From: Zootoca vivipara
Lineage: Eukaryota
Direction: 5' to 3'
DNA length: 64,000 nucleotides
NCBI RefSeq assembly: GCF_963506605.1
Contig: NC_083288.1
Coordinates: 21,390,001 to 21,454,000 of the forward strand
Shown: positions 60,847 through 64,000 of the stretch, piece after piece
Position numbering within the stretch: position 1 is the first letter of the stretch
Layout of the letters: the number at the start of each line of letters is the position of its first letter
Made by a program: the position numbers and the translations under genes
The notes under the pieces: model-generated
Told to the model about the DNA's origin: nothing
Database searches by the model: none
Seen by the model: only the letters and a program-made list of their open reading frames with translations

Positions 60847-62073
60847 CTGTCACTACCACACACAACAACTGCAATTCAATCCAGTGTGTCACAAAGAGCA
60901 GTTGCACCACAAAAAGCTATCCACAAAACAAACCAGTTTCAGATTACTCATTCAAATGATCCAAGTCACACATTCCAGAGGAGGGTGGATCATTGCCCAA
61001 GCTAAATCCTGATCAAAAACTCATCTCTAGGGCATGTTAACTAGGCATTTTATTGCAGGCTGGCCTACAAACTTACAACCGACCAAAACAAATGTAGCAT
61101 ACCAACCATCTGTGCTTGACAGTCAGATACTCAACAATTCCCTTGCAACAACCAAAAACAGTTTTGCACCAATAGTATAACACCATACATGGCTGGTAAA
61201 CTATACCCAGTTTTCAAGATCACATGTTTGTAGACTTGGTACAAAGTATGCAGCAGCTGAAAATACTGAGGTGATGGTGCTGGCAGCCACAACAATGCCT
61301 CCTTAATCAAGCGTCTTCACTTTCTTGAAGAACTGGGACAAGCCATAATCTTATTAAACCCAAGATTTTTATCGAAATGCCCCAGTTCTCACATAACGCT
61401 AAGCAAAACCATGGCTAAGCATGAATTAACAAGCTGCATAATATGATAGAGGAAGATGTTTTAAAAGGGAAAAAAGTTATAATGGCCTGGTTACACATAA
61501 GACCAAGCCAAATGATGGTTCCATATGCATGAGTACACGAAGTGAAAACTAAAGGCATTTTACTCCTCCCAGGCCCAGCTGCTGCTGAACTAGCCCAGGT
61601 TTATACATATCTCCCCAAAGAAACCATGAGCAGTAAGGCAAGAACAAACCTTGGCTACTACACAGCTTGTGGTTTGTTTAGAGATAAACTATGAGCCCAT
61701 GTTCACATATAACACTAAGTCAAACCATGGCTTTGCTCTGGGTAATGTGACAGCAGCAAAACCAGGGGAGGAGCAAAGCAGCTGTGAAATTTTCATTCTG
61801 TGTACCCAACAAACTTGGCTATTCATATTTGGCCATTTGTAGCTTAGTATTATGCCCAAAACAAGTCATTATCTCTTTTTTACTTGACTACATTTTCCTT
61901 TCTAATATGCTGCAGATTTTAGACATCATCCAAAATGTAGAAGGGACAGATTACTTTAAAGTCACTATGTCAAAACAATCTGGAAACACTTGCTGTACAA
62001 CTAAATTCATTATTTGATCAATATTGCATCTGCAGACTGAACACACAGAAGCTACATGCAAATTCCCTCTTAC

Positions 62074-62158
62074 CTTCATCTCCCTCCGGTGCATAGGAAG
62101 CTGTAATGATGTCGATGTCAGCACAATTCATCACAATCTGATTAGTCGCCTGCTTCAC
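62074..62158 (-). CDS. NPEPPS: NPEPPS exon 2 (85 nt; VKQATNQIVMNCADIDIITASYAPEGDE+G)
   Basis: Manual translation matches recalled human PSA; CAG acceptor, GTAAGA donor. Not in the ORF track. Exon 1 is outside the window (intron 1 runs from 62159 past 64000). Confidence 0.96.
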
Positions 62159-64000
62159 CTGCAAAATACACATTCAACTTTATAACTTAATGTTTCATTT
62201 AACATTCAGTACGGTAACAATTTTTTTAAATTAAAAAAAAGATAGTTTGGCAAGCTGTTGAAGTGAACGTTTAAAGCTGCTTCAATGTAAATAAAACCCA
62301 AGACCAATATTCTTCCATTCACATCTACAGCATTTTCACAGGAGTGATTGTTTACAACATAGTGAACAATCATTATATTTATAACTTTATAGTGAGTATT
62401 ACAATCTCACAGTGAGCAACTTGATCAATACAGAATATTCCCTCTGGATAAGTAGTTTACCATACCTAAAGGAGAGCAAGGATTGCACAGGGTGGCTGGA
62501 AAGTCAGCTTGAATCTGCAACCTAAGCTACCCCACAACACTGTATCAGCTAGGGTTGGAAAAGTCCAAAATTGTGGTCACACAAGTGCCTAGAAGTTTTA
62601 AACTGATACTCAGAAATAAATAAAAAATTCAGCCCTCTTATGCTTGTGCCTCTACAGAAAAAGCTGAGTTTCAGGAAACTGGTTGTTTATTTTAACCCAA
62701 ATTACTCTTGCTATTTGAAATTAGTTCCTTTTAAAAAAAATCTGATTTCAGTGCTTAGCTGACTAAAATACTATTCAAGTTTTGCATGCACCAGAGTTGT
62801 TGTTATTATTTATTAAATTTCTATACCATCCTTCATCCAAGAATTATAGGGTGGTTTTCAATATAAAAAATACATACCAAAGTAACAAACAAGAACAATA
62901 CTGCCACAGTATTATTATTAAAAAGTCACGAATCCCCAAATGATACAAATTTGTTCAAATCTTAATAGTGAATTCAGGAGACTAGCATTCCCATCAACAC
63001 CCATGCCCCCTCATACAGTTGCATAGTTGCTATGCATTGAGAACCAACTGGAATTGACAGATCCAACACATGAAGGCCTCAACAACCAATGCTTGTCAGG
63101 CAAGTTAGATTTTCAGTCTATCCAACAAGACTCCTTTAGCAAACTAGGTCCACTCAAATATCAAGCCAAGGCAACTATGTAGCATGTCAATAAAGAAAAA
63201 CAACTAATCCACATTTGACCCAAAGGGAATGGTGCCACATTTACCTTTAAAGATAAACCTTTAACACCCTACACCAGAGGTGGCTTCCCATTAGATCCAG
63301 CCAGCATGGGCAATGGTCAGAGAGACGGAGTTGGAAATCTAACATCTCAAGGGCCAAATGTTAACCACCCCTGTCGTACACACTCCAGAACATATAATAC
63401 ATGAACAACATATACAGTATGTGGCACTGAACGAGAGGCTGTTTTTGAATGTACCTTCATTGTCATTTAAATGTGTTAATATGTTGATATTCTTGCAAAC
63501 ACACAACAGTGCCTTTCAAGAGTGTGCGAAACACCAGGAAACATTTACAGGAACCAAGTTAATGGTTACATATAATTAAATGTTCAGCCCCATGAAGATC
63601 CAGAAACAAGGCATCAACAAATTATGCAAACAGGCAGTAGTTTATACAAAATGTGAGCTTGTGAAAATGGACTCATGCTAGCAGGAGTCAAATTGATTTC
63701 AATAAGGCTTCACTTACATGATATGCTCAGGATTAAATCTTGTTTGAAAGCAACAAAAACAAGTATCCAAATGCAGTTCAACATATGACATTTTATATTG
63801 CAGGCAAACAGAAAATGCAGACATTAAATGCTTTGCAGGGAAGCAGATACATTAAGGAAAGAGCTATGCCATGGTGATTAATATTTGAAAGCCTCTTACA
63901 GAACTGGGAAATTTGTTTTCTGGAAAGCAGCTAATACAAACATGAATATTGACATGTGAACTATTTTTTTTATATATCAAGTAATCAGAACAGAAACTAT

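Noticed and set aside
1-64000. U12-type introns, CRISPR arrays, rRNA/tRNA genes, NUMTs, endogenous viral ORFs, NPEPPS pseudogenisation
   Set aside because: No NPEPPS donor matches GTATCCTT; tRNA-like boxes occur only in SINE heads; no spacer-repeat array or viral/mitochondrial peptide was recognised; the NPEPPS frame and catalytic motifs are intact.

Overview
Vertebrate genomic DNA from a squamate reptile, probably a lacertid lizard (inferred from Sauria SINE, BovB/RTE, CR1 and hAT/Tigger MITE content). Nearly the whole window is one minus-strand gene, NPEPPS (puromycin-sensitive aminopeptidase, M1 zinc metallopeptidase). I traced coding exons 2-23 by hand (62158 down to the TGA at 3590-3592). 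All introns are GT-AG and the phases are consistent. The exons sum to 2505 nt (834 codons plus stop), which matches recalled human PSA residues 86-919. GAMEN and HELAH-x18-E are intact. Exon 1 lies beyond the window end. The 3'UTR is about 1.4 kb and ends near an AATAAA at 2226-2231. Introns are full of TE relics. I found no new protein-coding system, and most ORFs in the track are spurious. Best leads: (1) a consensus branch point, pyrimidine tract and CAGCAG acceptor only 65 nt after exon 16, defining a possible 42-nt stop-containing exon; (2) a TSD-flanked fold-back of two BovB/RTE 3' tails forming a pre-miRNA-like hairpin in the sense pre-mRNA; (3) unrelated MITE families each carrying CpG-island promoter motifs (NRF1, ETS, YY1, BANP-like); (4) a MITE resembling the horizontally transferred OC1 hAT family. 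Repeat-family names come from recalled consensus sequences, not from database searches.
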